A DNA stretch of 64,000 nucleotides from the human T2T-CHM13v2.0 reference genome, Homo sapiens, in NCBI RefSeq assembly GCF_009914755.1, contig NC_060929.1. One strand, 5' to 3'. The notes beneath the pieces are model-generated. The model saw only the letters and a program-made list of their open reading frames with translations. It was not told the origin of the DNA and ran no database searches. The position numbers and the translations under genes are program-made. Positions 50,712 through 63,300 of this stretch are shown here, one piece after another (the stretch's first letter is position 1; each line of letters begins with the position of its first letter).

Positions 50712-51260
50712 TATAGCAGGCAGCCTCCAGCATGGCCTACAATGATCCTTGCCTCTGGATATTCATGCCCTGTGCATTCTTCTCATGCTTTTTGGCTGAA
50801 TATAATGACATAATTACTTACTCAGAATGAATAACATAGATGTGGTGAAAGATCTCTTCCAAGATTAGATTTAAAAGATACTGTGACATCTGCTTTGATC
50901 ACTCTCTCCCTCAATCACTCTGAGAGAAACCAGGTGACACATTGTGGGCTGTCTCATGGAAGGGCCTTATGTAAAGGAACTGATGTCTCCAGTGTCAGCC
51001 AATCTCCAGCCAGGACCTGAGGCCTTGCAGCAGTCACAGAAGGGAGCTTGGAAATGGAGCCTTTATGAGTCCAACCTCAAGATGATAGAAGCTCCAGCAG
51101 ATACCTGGATTGCAACCCTGTGAGACACTCTGAGCTAGAAACACCCAGCTGTCCTGCTCTGGGTTTCTGACTCAAAGAAACTCTGAGGTAATAAATGGGT
51201 GTTCTTTTAAGCTGCTAAATTTTGAGGTAATTTGCTACACAGCAATAGATAACTAATACA
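50712..51260 (+). mobile_element. MLT1F-like MaLR LTR
   Basis: ggcagcctccagcatggcctacaatgatccttgcctc...ttttaagctgctaaattttgaggtaatttgctacacagcaatagataactaataca. Confidence 0.85.
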
Positions 51261-51342
51261 TGATGTTAAGTATTTTAGATACATTTTCCCATTAAATCCT
51301 CACAATAAACTTACATAGTACACAATTAGTCAATTCTACTGA

Positions 51343-51779
51343 TGCTATGGTTTGGATGTGGTTTATCCCTGCCAAAACTCATGTTGAAATTTGATCACCT
51401 GTATGGCAGTGTTGGGAGGTAGGACCCAGTGGAAGGTGTTTGGGTCATGGAATGGATGGATCCTTCATAAATCCTTCTTATGGGAGAGTTCTTACTCTTA
51501 CAGGACTGGATTAGTTCCTATGAGAGCAAGGTGTTACAAAGAGTCTGGATTCCTTGGTTTCTCTCTTCTGCTTCCTCTCTCTCCATGTGATCTCTGTGCA
51601 CATGCCTGCTCCCCTTTCACATTCTGCCATGAGTTGAAACAGCATGAGGCCCTCACCAGATGCAGCTGCCCAATCTTGGACTTTGCATCCAACAGAATTA
51701 TAAGCAAATAAGCCTATGTTTTTTATAAACTACCCAGCCTGAGATATTTTGTTTTAGCAACACGAGATGAACTGGGACC
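51343..51779 (+). mobile_element. MSTB-like MaLR LTR inserted in a MIR
   Basis: tgctatggtttggatgtgg...aaaactcatgttgaaatttgatc...gaggccctcaccagatgcag...; MIR halves on both sides (about 51265-51342 and 51780-51870). Confidence 0.85.
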
Positions 51780-53139
51780 TCTGATAAGGAAATAAAGGCT
51801 CTGGAGACTATAGAGTCTGTCCAAAAATGCCTGGTTAGTAAGTAGCAAACATGCTATTCAAATCTTTGCTCTTTCAGTCACCACACACCAGGATAGGCAT
51901 GAAATAAGTGAAAAAATGAGGCTAGAGAAAGAGATTGCCCTAAAAGTCACCATGCAAAGTCTGCTCTATTTCAGGAGACCCTGAAAAAACATCAGTGATT
52001 TTGTCCAGTTCACCATACAAGCAAGACCTATATAGCATGTCATCATGAAATCAACTTTTTTAAGGAGTCTCTCACTATCTCTTTAAATCTGCTCAGTAAG
52101 ACTATCCTCCTTCTCTGGAAAAAAAATGCTGAGTCTCATTTTTGGTCAATCTTAATTGATAGAAATGGTTACTTTGTCCCAGATATAATCTTAATTCAGT
52201 GATTAAGTTTATCAGATTTAATACACTGGTCAATCCTTCAACCCTCATTCAGATGTAATGCCTTGCCCTTCTTTCAGCAGCAGATGGGCTACTGGGTGCC
52301 TGCAGGCAGCATGCAACTGACCTTTTATTTCTACCTCATGATGAACAGCTGTCTCACTTGCCAGCTGGTATTTCTTGTCCACCAGGATTGAAGCGGGTAG
52401 CAGTGGGAAGGAAGAACATGGTGGTTGGAAAAACTCATCCTGTCTAATACTGTTGTGAGAAGGTTTCGTAATTTCTGGACCTAGAAACTACTTGAAGTTG
52501 ACTTCTCACATACTTTCTTCAGAGTCTCCTGTGCCCCCACCCACTCCCGACTGCCTGCAACAACCTTGACAGAACCTGGATCTTGCCTTCAACCAGCCTC
52601 TCCTCATCCCCAGTCAGCTTTTATCCCTAGCAGTGTTCTTCACACAACTTTACTTGGGTCCCTCCACTCCAACATCTGCTCTCTGGAGCGGAATCCCCTT
52701 TCAAATCATCCCAGACTCATGTTCCTGCTGAAGGGGCTGTGCATTGGCATCCTTGGTGTAGCCCTTTACTAGGTTGCAAAACACTGCCTCAGCTTCCTCT
52801 TGCAGGAGCTAGGGATCATCCTGAAGTATCCTTCAACTTCAGGGAACATGTAGTTCCCCCCATTGAAGCACCCCTGTTTAGTCTTGAAGATCCACCCATC
52901 TCCGCTGATTGCCAGTGGGTAGGGCTCACAGCACAGCTCTTTCCAATAATATCCTCAAAATCATCTCCCAACTTCAATCTCCCAACTCACCAAAACATTC
53001 CTTATGGGTGGGGAATATCAGATTTATGAAGCTGACTCTCAGATATCTCCTTTGAAAATCTGTTTCTAGTCTAGTATATTGCTGAAATTTCAACTTTAAC
53101 ATCGAGTTATAGCACAAGCAGAGTTTTGCTTTAGGGGGA

Positions 53140-54800
53140 TTCATCTCGTGTATGTGGGTGAAATTGAAGTTGGAAGGCACTGAGGGAGGGAGACAAAATA
53201 AGCAGCTATTGAAAAATCTAAGCTACAGACAACTCAGGGCTGAACTAGGGTAGTTGTAGTGGGAATGAGTATAGAAAGCTTGTTTCAAGAGTCATGGATG
53301 AGGTAGATCAGTAGGAACTGAATTAATGTGAATAGAAAGAGGGGCTTGAGAGCTGGAAGGAAAGTTTGGTCAATAATAGAAACCAGAATTCAGAAGGAGT
53401 GTATTTGAAGGGATAAATAGGCTGATCAATCATGTCGATCTTTAAGCACTCTTGCCAATATGAGGTGAAGATAAACATCAGTGAATTAGAAAATGGGCCT
53501 TAGAATTCATTAAAATAGCAAAATCATCTGCATGGAGGTAATTATTGAACCCCTAGCAGTCACAAGATTAATGTTACAAAGTAGGTAACAGTAGAAAATG
53601 ACTAAGAAAGGGAGAAAATGTTCTTTCTCTTTGAGATAACAAGAATTCTCAGAAAAGTGAAAACCCAGGAAGAAAGCAGGGCTTTAATGGAGAGGTAGTC
53701 ATTAGAGTCAAAAGCTAAAGACAGGTTAAGGAAAAAAACCTCCTGAATATAGCCCTCAGGAAGACGTCCATCATCAGAAATGTTTCAGTGGAGTTATTGA
53801 AAGCCAATTCCAAATTCCAAGGGTCAGAGATTGAATGAATCCTTAAGAGGTGGAGGCAACAAACATAGATTTATATTGGGGAATTTGTTAGTGAACAAGA
53901 AGAGATCTCTAGAGAAGATGAAAGAGTCTAAGGGACATTTTTAAATAGGGATATTTGAACACATTTGTAGGTAGAAGGGGAAGAGCCAGTGAACAGAAAG
54001 TTATTCACTGAAGCAAAAGAGAAGGGCACTACCAGGGAATCAGGATCCCCAAAGCTGTGCAGCAGGACGGAAGGACAGGCACAGGGTAACGGGCTGGCCT
54101 TACAATTACAGACAAGTGCATCTCCTAAACTAAAAGGAAAAAAAATGTGGGGAGAAAGCTCAAGACACAAAAGAAGAAATTTGAGAAAGTCCAAATTAAA
54201 GGGTTTCTTTTTTAACTTTCAATAAAGTAGCAGGTGTGGTCATCTGGGAGAGTGAGGAGATTAGGGGTTGTTTTCTTGCAATGAGTAAAAAATTTCAGAG
54301 CCTTCACTGTGTGGGATGGAATTTTTTAAACACAAAATTAATCAGATACCAATAAAAGATATTTCATAAATACTGAGGGTTCAATGGAAACTAACCTCTT
54401 CTTCCTCCACACTAACTCCATATTAATATCAATTTCTTTTTTCAAGGTTAACTAATGGATATTAGGCTGTGACTTTCTCTGAAAGTGCTTGTCAATTCAA
54501 GTAGAAGAGTGGAGAAAGTAGATAAAGAATTACCCTGGGCAGGCATTTGGCAAAGTAGTTGTGGATGTAGGTCAGGGTGGGGAGAGTGTGACCTCTAAGT
54601 GGCTATCCAACCATTGGTCCTGAAAGCAGACAAGGAGGATGAGGTAAGGTGAAGTTCAGCCCACAGGGATGTCAGATGGAGATGGAAGGACAACAGGTAA
54701 GGACCAGAAAGTAGAGTCCCGAAAGAAGGGGTCAAAGTCTTTCGATGTTGGTGGAATCGAGAGCTGAGAAACAAACTGAGAGTTACCAAATAATTAGGAG
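53140..54800 (-). mobile_element. Long degenerate L2 LINE
   Basis: gggctgaactagggtagttgtagtgggaatg...gaggtagatcagtaggaactg and other purine-rich L2 motifs; ends uncertain. Confidence 0.55.
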
Positions 54801-57800
54801 ACCAGAGAAGGCTTAGGTTGTTTATTGTGTGTGTGGCTGCTGGGAAGGGGAGCATAACTCCTCATATTCCACACCCCCGCAGGTGGTCTTCCATTACTCC
54901 GCCCCACGGGTGGTGCTGTGACTTTCCTGATTGCTCACTTGGGAAGAAAAAAGTGGAGTGCTTAGGTCAGCTTCTACCCTTCCCCTCTGGGGCACTAGCT
55001 ACCCTGAGGAAATGTGTCATCTCTGCCACTCTTCCACAGTTGAGGTACAGCTGGAATCAAACATTTTCTGCAACTGGCCAGTTAATTGTAACCGGTTCTG
55101 TGGTTCTGGTCTATTTGACCCTCACGCCAAGCTACATGTTCCAACTTGGCAGTTATCAATTATTTTATTTTCCATGGTTCACTTGAGAGGCAGGAGAAAG
55201 AAGTGAATTTTTTTATGGATGCATCTGGGGACTGTTAACAGCCTACTGAGACCTCCTGACATCTGGAATTCTTCTGGTTTATTTCAGTTAGAAGCTGAAT
55301 CTAAAAGAGAACCCCACTTAAACACTCTCCTGTTCCTTTCCAGCCCCACTTCATATACGCCATGTGCTTAATCTGAGGGTCACGGCTGGTTCTCTGATGA
55401 ACAGCCAGCCATGGGCAATGCAGGATATCAAAGCCAGCCACGAAGAGTCAGCTGGATCTAATTCTACTTGCTAAGGAAAGTTTGCCACTGACAGAAAATT
55501 ATCATTCTTGGTTTTAAAAATGTGTAAAGAAGGATAAAATTGGTCATATTTTTGTCAGAAGAAAATATTAAGGTCTAGCAGGATAACAAAGAGTAGACTC
55601 AAGAAATTTAAATTTGGTGTAGTAGATAAAAAAGAAATTCTCACAACTTAAAGCCAAGTTCCCTGGTTAAGTCCCAATTAGGCCCTTGCTTTGGTTGCAC
55701 AGGTGGGTAAATATGCAATCATTGCAGTGGCCATTGCCCCAGCTCCATATAAGGGAACAACTTTATGATTGTCTAACTACAAAGGCATAATTTCCAATCC
55801 CATGCTTACATTAAATTTACATTATACGTGTAGTGTTTGAAAATTCTGTTTTTGCCAATGAAATTGTCTCCATAGTAACTAATGCACTCCTAAAGGGGGA
55901 AAATGTGCACCAATTTTGCACTGAAAAGGTAAAAATTAAACTAAATAACAACAGATCATGGCCATTTCATTAAAAGGTTTTTTTCTCACAAATGGTATTA
56001 CAAAGCTCACATGCTTCTTTGAAAAATAATATCCTCTTCCCCATCCTTGTGCCTTCTCACTGAAAGGCATATGATAGATCTTTGAAGAATGCACTGAAAA
56101 GACTCATCAAGAACCCCCTAAGTAAATGAGAGTGAAGGTAGATGATTATAAGGCATACTATAACTTAAGTGGTATTTTTTATGAGGTTCTATTATAATAA
56201 TAATTTCCACCTCATGTATAAGGGAAGCACCTAAACAGAATTATATTTAGGTTCTAAAATTATATTAAATTCTATTTAAGCTCTAAACTTCAGGTAGCTA
56301 CAAGAAATCTTGGATCACAAAAAATTATATTCATCATATACCAGTGAATATCTATGAATTAATTCCTTTGCCATTAATTTGTTTTGCTGCTGTTTCAGTT
56401 ATAACAAAATTTTTGAGCAAATACTTAATTGAGCTTATTAAACCATTTTTTTCTCTTTAGTCATGTTGAATCACTGTAGTGTGAAAGGTAAAAGTGAATT
56501 TATAAATTTTCATTTAAACATGTATTATTATTAAAACAAGGGAGGCAGGGCAAAGGCTAGAATTTAGTTTTAGTTAATTGAACGTGTCCTACTCTAAGAG
56601 CCTACAATAAACAGATAAATTTAGCACTAACACTGAGATTTCTTAAAACCTAGAGTCTTTCTACAGCTAGATATCGATATCAATCCTGTCATTTGATCTT
56701 CTTACTGCTTTCTATGTGATGTCTTTTTCTTGCCATTTAGAAATAATATTTCCAATAAACATTGAAAGCATTATGCTTTATGTTTTCTGTAAACCACCGA
56801 CTTTGAAATCAGTGGAATAAAGTCATATATACTTTCTAGTCATCTCTCCTATTGGCATCCGTAACAGGAATATGAACAATGTGAAATAAACAGAAATAGA
56901 GGAAAATAAAATTGTATCTCAAAAGGTGTGAAAATATCACCTTTCTTTTATGAACAATTCTAGAGTAAGGCAGAGTTCTTTAAACCAAATATTATAGTTG
57001 TAACTTCAGACAGTAAAGCAACAATAAAATAATACAACACAAAGAGAAATTAGATGTAGATACTCAACAGATGGATGACACACAGATGTTCCTAGAACAG
57101 CTGCTACAACAATAATACTTGAACAGTCTTTCAGAAAATTTAGGAGATTACTTTTCATTTCTTCAATGAACTGTATTTAAGATTTAGATCTAATAAATAT
57201 TGCCACTGCATTCCAACATGTGCCTATTAGCCAATCTGAAGTATAATAAACTGAGCATTCATTTTTAAATGTTTGCAGCTTATAATGGCAAACACATTCA
57301 ACCTCATGGTCACTGCTGTCATTATCAGATTATGTCCCTAATTGATCACAAATGGCCATAGCTTTCCCAAAATAATTCTATCCCCAAATGTTGATTACTA
57401 TATACAGCATTCATTTGGAATGATAAATGATTTCCAGTGCCATGTGAAAACCGTGTACCTTGGCTCCTCTTTGGGGTAACCCAATCCATCAGAAATCCAG
57501 CCAAGCCCAGAAGACATTTTGGGTTTTGCCACGCATGCTAGAAAACTGACAGCTGATTGAGGACCAAGGCTCCATTTTAATGAGTCTCCCTGGTGTTGAA
57601 TCCATCACTGCCAGACTAACAAGTATCAAAACTTGGCACCCACCATTAGAAATTATTTAACCTAGAAGTCTGCACAGTGTAAGGGTTGAAGAGCTGCCAG
57701 CCTTGAAGTTTGTAATAATAAAAACTTGCTTAACTAAGCCACATGACCAAGTGATACATCTGTCTCACCAATAAGAGCCCTGAGGATTGAAGCACTAAAC

Positions 57801-57898
57801 ACAGGTTTTTCCATACTTTTAGCAACTGTAAGTAAATATTTAAAATGTTCTTTTGAATTCCCAGGGTCCAAATACTGGGTACAGAAACAAAGCATTTA

Positions 57899-58186
57899 AG
57901 CCAGGCACAGTGGCTCAAGCCTGTAATCCCAGCACTTGAGGCCGAGGCAGGTGGGTCACTTGAGGTCAGGCGTTCAAGACAAGCCTGGCCAACACGGTGA
58001 AACCCTGTCTCAAACACAAAAATTAGCCAGGCATGGTGGAACATGCCTGTTGTCCTAGCTACTTGGGAGGCTGAGGCAGGATAATTGCTTGAACCCAGAG
58101 GGCGGAGGCTGCAGTGAGCCGAGATCCCACCTCTGTACCCCAGCCTGGGTGACAGAGCGAAACTCCATCTCAAAAAAAGAAGAAAG
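57899..58186 (+). mobile_element. Alu (AluS-like, small internal deletions)
   Basis: Dimeric Alu with A-rich tail; imperfect TSD aaagcatttaa / aaaacatttaa. Confidence 0.95.
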
Positions 58187-58419
58187 AAAACATTTAAATC
58201 TATAAATGCAAGTTATTTGTGTGAACAATCATTATTTATAGAAATGAATGTAGGTATAGCCAAACAGCACAGGCCTACCCAGGATGGTCTGTAGCCTAAA
58301 ACAAAATTGACTCTTTATCACAGGACCAACAATTGTGAATGGCCTTATGATGAAAGAAGGTCACCCACCCATGCGAGGCCTGGTCTCTAGGGTACATGGA
58401 GAGAAACACACTGGTTACC

Positions 58420-58745
58420 AATATGCGTGTGTTTCTCAACATGTCCCAGTCCCCTTGCGGTTAGCAGGACGTAGGTGCCTATTCTGGACAATGAGTCCTG
58501 TGTGGGAATGAAGTGTGCCACTTCTGGAGTGGGTGTGGGTTGTCCATGTTCTCTTCCTCTGCTACAGTGATCCATTTTTTGAGATGCCAATGTCACAAAA
58601 TGGTCGTGTCTCTGTAGGCCTGGGTCTCTAACCACCACCACCAACCCTCACTGAATGTAGCATAGGGAGGAAAAGTTTGCATGTATGGCCACTGAATTAC
58701 TGAAATGAATTTGCTGCTGCTATATCGCCTAACCTTACCTTGGCA
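58420..58745 (+). mobile_element. MLT1I/J-like MaLR LTR
   Basis: tcccagtccccttgcggttag...ttctggacaatgag...gtgtgccacttctgg...gcctgggtctct...tgtagcatag. Confidence 0.6.
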
Positions 58746-61193
58746 GAGAATACTAAGAATACCTAGTGACCCTCAGGCAAACAATGTAAGAGCAGAACAG
58801 TCTCAGTTACCAAAACAAGAAATTCCCTATGACTAAGAATAAGAATTTTGCCAAGGTGGGGGCACCTGGGGAGAAGGGTGTAATGTAAAAGTACCAGTAG
58901 AGGTCTTAATATCCCATCTTTCAACAAAAGGGATTTTTTTCTGAGACAGAGAGCCAAGCTGGCTAGCATAATTAATTTTAAATTTTAAATTGAAAAGTTT
59001 GAACAAGATTCATACAATGACCAATTCCCGGTTTATTGTTAAAATTATTAAGTAAAATACTAGTGAGTCGGTCCTCTCAGGCTGAGTCGATTCTCAGATC
59101 ACGGTGGCCTCAGTGGAAAAGAGCTTCAGGTAGCAGGAGTTGGTTCCAGGCCAGATTCATGCTAAGCCTACCTCATCTGACTATCAGCATAGAATAACTC
59201 TCTTAGCCTTCTGTCCAAAAATTTTTCATAGAAATTTAATGTCTTCGGTATTGATAATAGACTATACCATTTGACGGTATTAATACAGCAGTACCACTTA
59301 ATGAAAATCAGTTCATAAATTTTTTTGTTTGTTTCCATATATTTCATAAAACATACATTCAAAAACATTTCTGATTGCCTTTTGAAATACAGCAAACAGC
59401 AACATGTAAAAGTAAAAATTAGAATGTCTTTACCTACTGGCTTTGGTGAGGACAAAGGGAGGCCTCCATCTTTGCGCAAAAAATGTATCAATGTTGTTTT
59501 AGCCAATGAGCTTCAACGTGCCAAAAAAAAGAAAATAAGAAATAAAAAAGTGAATTTAGATTTAAACTTTGCCCAGATACAAATTGGTTTTGTTAAATTT
59601 AAAATTAGAATTCATCAAAACACCCACATTTGTCTTTAAAATATTAAACCAGCAATCTGACAGATGTGTTTTCTTTACAGATTTGATCTGTTATGTTATA
59701 GATAGAACCACATCCAGCTTTACTAACCAACATTCAGATGATTTACAAAAGAAGAGGAGGATCACCAATGAGGAAGGCATCCAGAGATTTATGAAGAAGA
59801 GGTATCTGATAAGAAACTGGAATTCCATATGGAATGAAGTCTCGTAGTCACAGACCAAATATTTTTTGGTCATATATTTTGGCCATTACCAAATTACCAC
59901 CAAATGATTGACTCAAATTGATCCGTGAAGCAAATGTCAGAAGCTGCTTTCAGTTAGTTAAAACAGTGATCAATTTGCAAACAATTGAGTATTTGATATG
60001 AGTATTATTACACATAGACATACTAGATCTGCGTAAAAAATAGTTTGATTTAACTTACCTAGTCAACTAAATGTTTAAAATCATTTAAAGATTTTCTTTC
60101 TTGTAGTTTTTGCATGTTTTTGCAAAAAAGAGTTAAGTTCTTTTACTTTTTATGAATTAGTATAATATTTTATACCCCTGACTTTTAAGCTGAAATATTA
60201 AACCGTCAACTTTGGTTGTTGGAAATCTGACAGCAAATATATGCGCATGGTCATATACATCATATACACATGCGGCTTTAGAATACCATCCCACTTAAAT
60301 CAATAGTGTAAAATTTATTGACCTAATTCTATCTTGAGAAGGGAAAATGAGCAGTGGTGCTTTCTTATGACTTATCATTTTTCATACAGAGTTTCAGATT
60401 TGTTTATGATTATAAAGAAATCTATCCACCTCATGTCAGACTGATAAACAAATAGGTCAGGGAATTACCAAGGGAAAGACATAGTTTTCAAAGAGCCTAT
60501 AAATAAAAACATCAGAAAATATTTCATGTTTAAGGAATTCAAGAACATTAAATTATTTTAAAATCATACAGGTTTTTTTTTTCTAATTATCACAGTGTCA
60601 AATTACTTGTATGGGAAGAACTATGTTTCTGCATACATGCTGTGTGTACAGGCACACACACATATGTACACATTCCTCAACATGCCACAAGACTCTTAAG
60701 CAAAGTGAAATTAATTCAGCAGATGTGTTTTAGCATATCAGGAAATTATAATTAAATATGATAAAATAATAATATTAAAATATAATTAACTATCAACTTA
60801 CATAATGAGGTACCTGATTGATTTGACCTTCTCACAGAATCAACATTCTCCACCATGTAAATGGGTCACTTAGTAACTATTTGTTGCAGTGATATCACTC
60901 AGCTTATGCTTTAAATCAATCCTGGCTCCTTCACCAGTCACCTGGCCTCAAAATCCAAGGTGGTAAATTGGCAAGTGGACCAGCTTGTTAACTTTCCTGG
61001 GACAGACACCAGGTCTTGGTGCCTCCGGCCAGGAGAGACATGGGGCTGCAACCCAAGGGCCAAGTAGAGTGAAAGACGAATCCAGATTAGAAACAGGATA
61101 TGAAATATTATATGTGACAAGAAAGAAAGATAAAACAATGCTGGTTGAATTGGACAACCAGAAGAAGCAGCAAAGGAACAGAACTGGTAATAG

Positions 61194-62598
61194 TGAGAGG
61201 TGACAGAGTGCTGGCGGTCCTCACAGCCCTCACTCACTCTCGACGCCTCCTCTGCCTGGGCTCCCACTTTGGCGGCACTTGAGGAGCCCTTCAGCCCTTT
61301 CTGGGCTGGCCAAGGCCGGAGCCGGCTCCCTCAGCTTGTGGGGAGGTGTGAAGGGAGAGGCGCTGGCGGGAACCGCGGCTGAGCGCGGTGCTTGCGGGCC
61401 AGCGCGAGTTCCGGGTGGGCGTGGGCTCGGCGGGCCCCGCCCTCGGAGCGGCCGGCCGCCCCGCCGGCCCGGGCAGTGAGGGGCTTAGCACCTCGGCCAG
61501 CAGCTGCTGTGCTGAATTTCTCGCCAGGCCTTAGCTGCCTTCCCGCGGGGCAGGGCTCAGGACCTGCAGCCCGCCATGCCTGAGCCTACCCCCGCTCCGC
61601 CTCCGTGGACTCCTGTGCGGCCCAAGCCTCCCGGACGAGCGCCGCCCCCTGCTCCACCGCGCCCAGTCCCATCGACCACCCAAGGGCTGAGGAGTGCGAC
61701 CGCACAGCAGGGCCTGGCAGGCAGCTCCACCTGCAGCCCGGTGCCGGATCCACTGGGTGAAGCCAGCTGGGCTCCTGACTGGTGGGGACTTGGAGAACCT
61801 TTGTGTCTAGCTAAGGGATTGTAAATACACCAATCGGCACTCTGTATCTAGCTCAAGGTTTGTAAACACACCAATCAGCACCCTGTGTCTAGCTCAGGGT
61901 TTGTGAATGCACCAATCAACACTCTGTATCTAGCTTCTCTGGTGGGGACTTGGAGAACCTTTGTGTGGACACTGTATCTAGCTAATCTAGTGGGGACGTG
62001 GAGAACCTTTGTGTCTAGCTCAGGGATTGTAAAGGCACCAATCAGCGCCCTGTCAAAACAGACCACTCAGCTCTCTGTAAAATGGACCAATGAGCAGGAT
62101 GTGGGTGGGGCCCGATAAGAGAATAAAAGCGGGCAGCCCGCGCCAGCAGTGGCAACCCTGCTTGGGTCCCCTTCCACAGTGTGGAAACTTTGTTCTTTCA
62201 CTCTGCAATAAATCTTGCTGCTGCGCACTTTTTGGGTCCACACTGCCTTTATGAGCTGTAACACTCACCGGGAAGGTCTGCAGCTTCACTCCTGAAGCCA
62301 GCCAGACCACGAAACCAGCCAGACCACGAACCCACCGGGAGGAACCCCACGGGGAGGAACGAACAACTCCAGATGCGCCGCCTTAAGAGCTGTAACACTC
62401 ACCGGGAAGGTCCACAGCTTTTCTCCTGAGCCAGCGAGACCACGAACCCACCAGAAGGAATAAACTCCGAACACATCCGAACATCAGAACGAACAAACTT
62501 CGGACACGCCGCCTTTAAGAACTGTAACACTCACCGCGAGGGTCTGCGGATTCCTTCTTGAAGTCAGTGACACCAAGAACCCACCAATTCCGGACACG
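61194..62598 (+). mobile_element. LTR12C (ERV9) solo LTR, full length (~1.4 kb)
   Basis: tgagaggtgacagagtgctggcggtcctcacagccc...cccaccaattccggacac; perfect 4-bp TSD ATAG (61190-61193 and 62599-62602); CpG-rich U3, tandem CCAAT units, triplicated U5 unit. Confidence 0.96.
61825..62130 (+). promoter_or_regulatory. ERV9/LTR12 enhancer-promoter: NF-Y CCAAT array and TATA-like box
   Basis: CCAAT at 61830, 61871, 61912, 62038 and 62087; AATAAAA TATA-equivalent at 62122-62128; architecture established for LTR12, activity at this copy not shown. Confidence 0.65.
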
Positions 62599-62779
62599 AT
62601 AGGAGAGGTCTACAAGGCATTTCTGACTTCCCTAATACAAAAAAAAAAAACAAAACTGAATCCCAGGTAGGGAAGAACAGCCAGACTCCAAGTCCCTGAA
62701 TAAAAGCTGAGAATCATGTTACCCTTAGGAATCACACTCCCATCGTAGTCATGTCTTTATGCAAAAAACAGAGGTGGGG

Positions 62780-63300
62780 TGTGATAGTTAATATGAGGTG
62801 TCAACTTGATTGGTTTGAAGGATGCCTAGATGGCTGGTCTGTGGACTGGGAGAGGAAGACCCACCCTCAATGTGCCTGGGCACCATGCAGTTGCTGCCAG
62901 CACGGCTAGAACAAAACAGGCAGAATAAGGTGGGAGAAACTTGATGCTGGGTTTTGTGGCTTCCTTCTTTCTCCCGGGCTGGAAGCTTCCTCCAAGCTCC
63001 TCCTGCCATTGGATATCAGACTCCAGGTTCTTTGGCCTTTGGACTCTTGGACTTGCACCAGTGGCTTTTCAGGGGCTCCCGGGCCTTGGGCCACAGACTG
63101 AAGGCTGCACTGGCAGCTTCCCCAGTTGTGAAGCTTTCAGACTTGGACTGAGCTGCGACTGGCTTCTCTCTTCCCCAGCTTGCAGAAGGCCTATCGTGGT
63201 CCTGTGCCTTGTGATCATGTGAGTCAGTTCTCCCTAATAAACTCCTTTTTATAAATACATATATCCTATTTGTTCTGTCCCTCTGGAGAACCCTAATACA
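62780..63300 (+). mobile_element. MLT2B-like (HERV-L) LTR with internal deletion
   Basis: tgtgatagttaatatgaggtgtcaacttgattgg...ggactgggagaggaagacccaccctcaatgtg...ctctggagaaccctaataca. Confidence 0.85.

Noticed and set aside
56670-56944. Short palindromes and hairpins (GATATCGATATC; AAAGGTG...CACCTTT)
   Set aside because: Too short to exceed chance expectation in AT-rich DNA
61200-61824. GC-rich ORFs and CpG island suggesting a gene 5' end
   Set aside because: Entirely within the LTR12C U3 region
61790-62560. Regularly spaced direct repeats superficially like a CRISPR array
   Set aside because: Intrinsic U3 (~40 bp) and U5 (~130 bp) tandem units of LTR12C; no unique spacers, no cas genes, eukaryotic context
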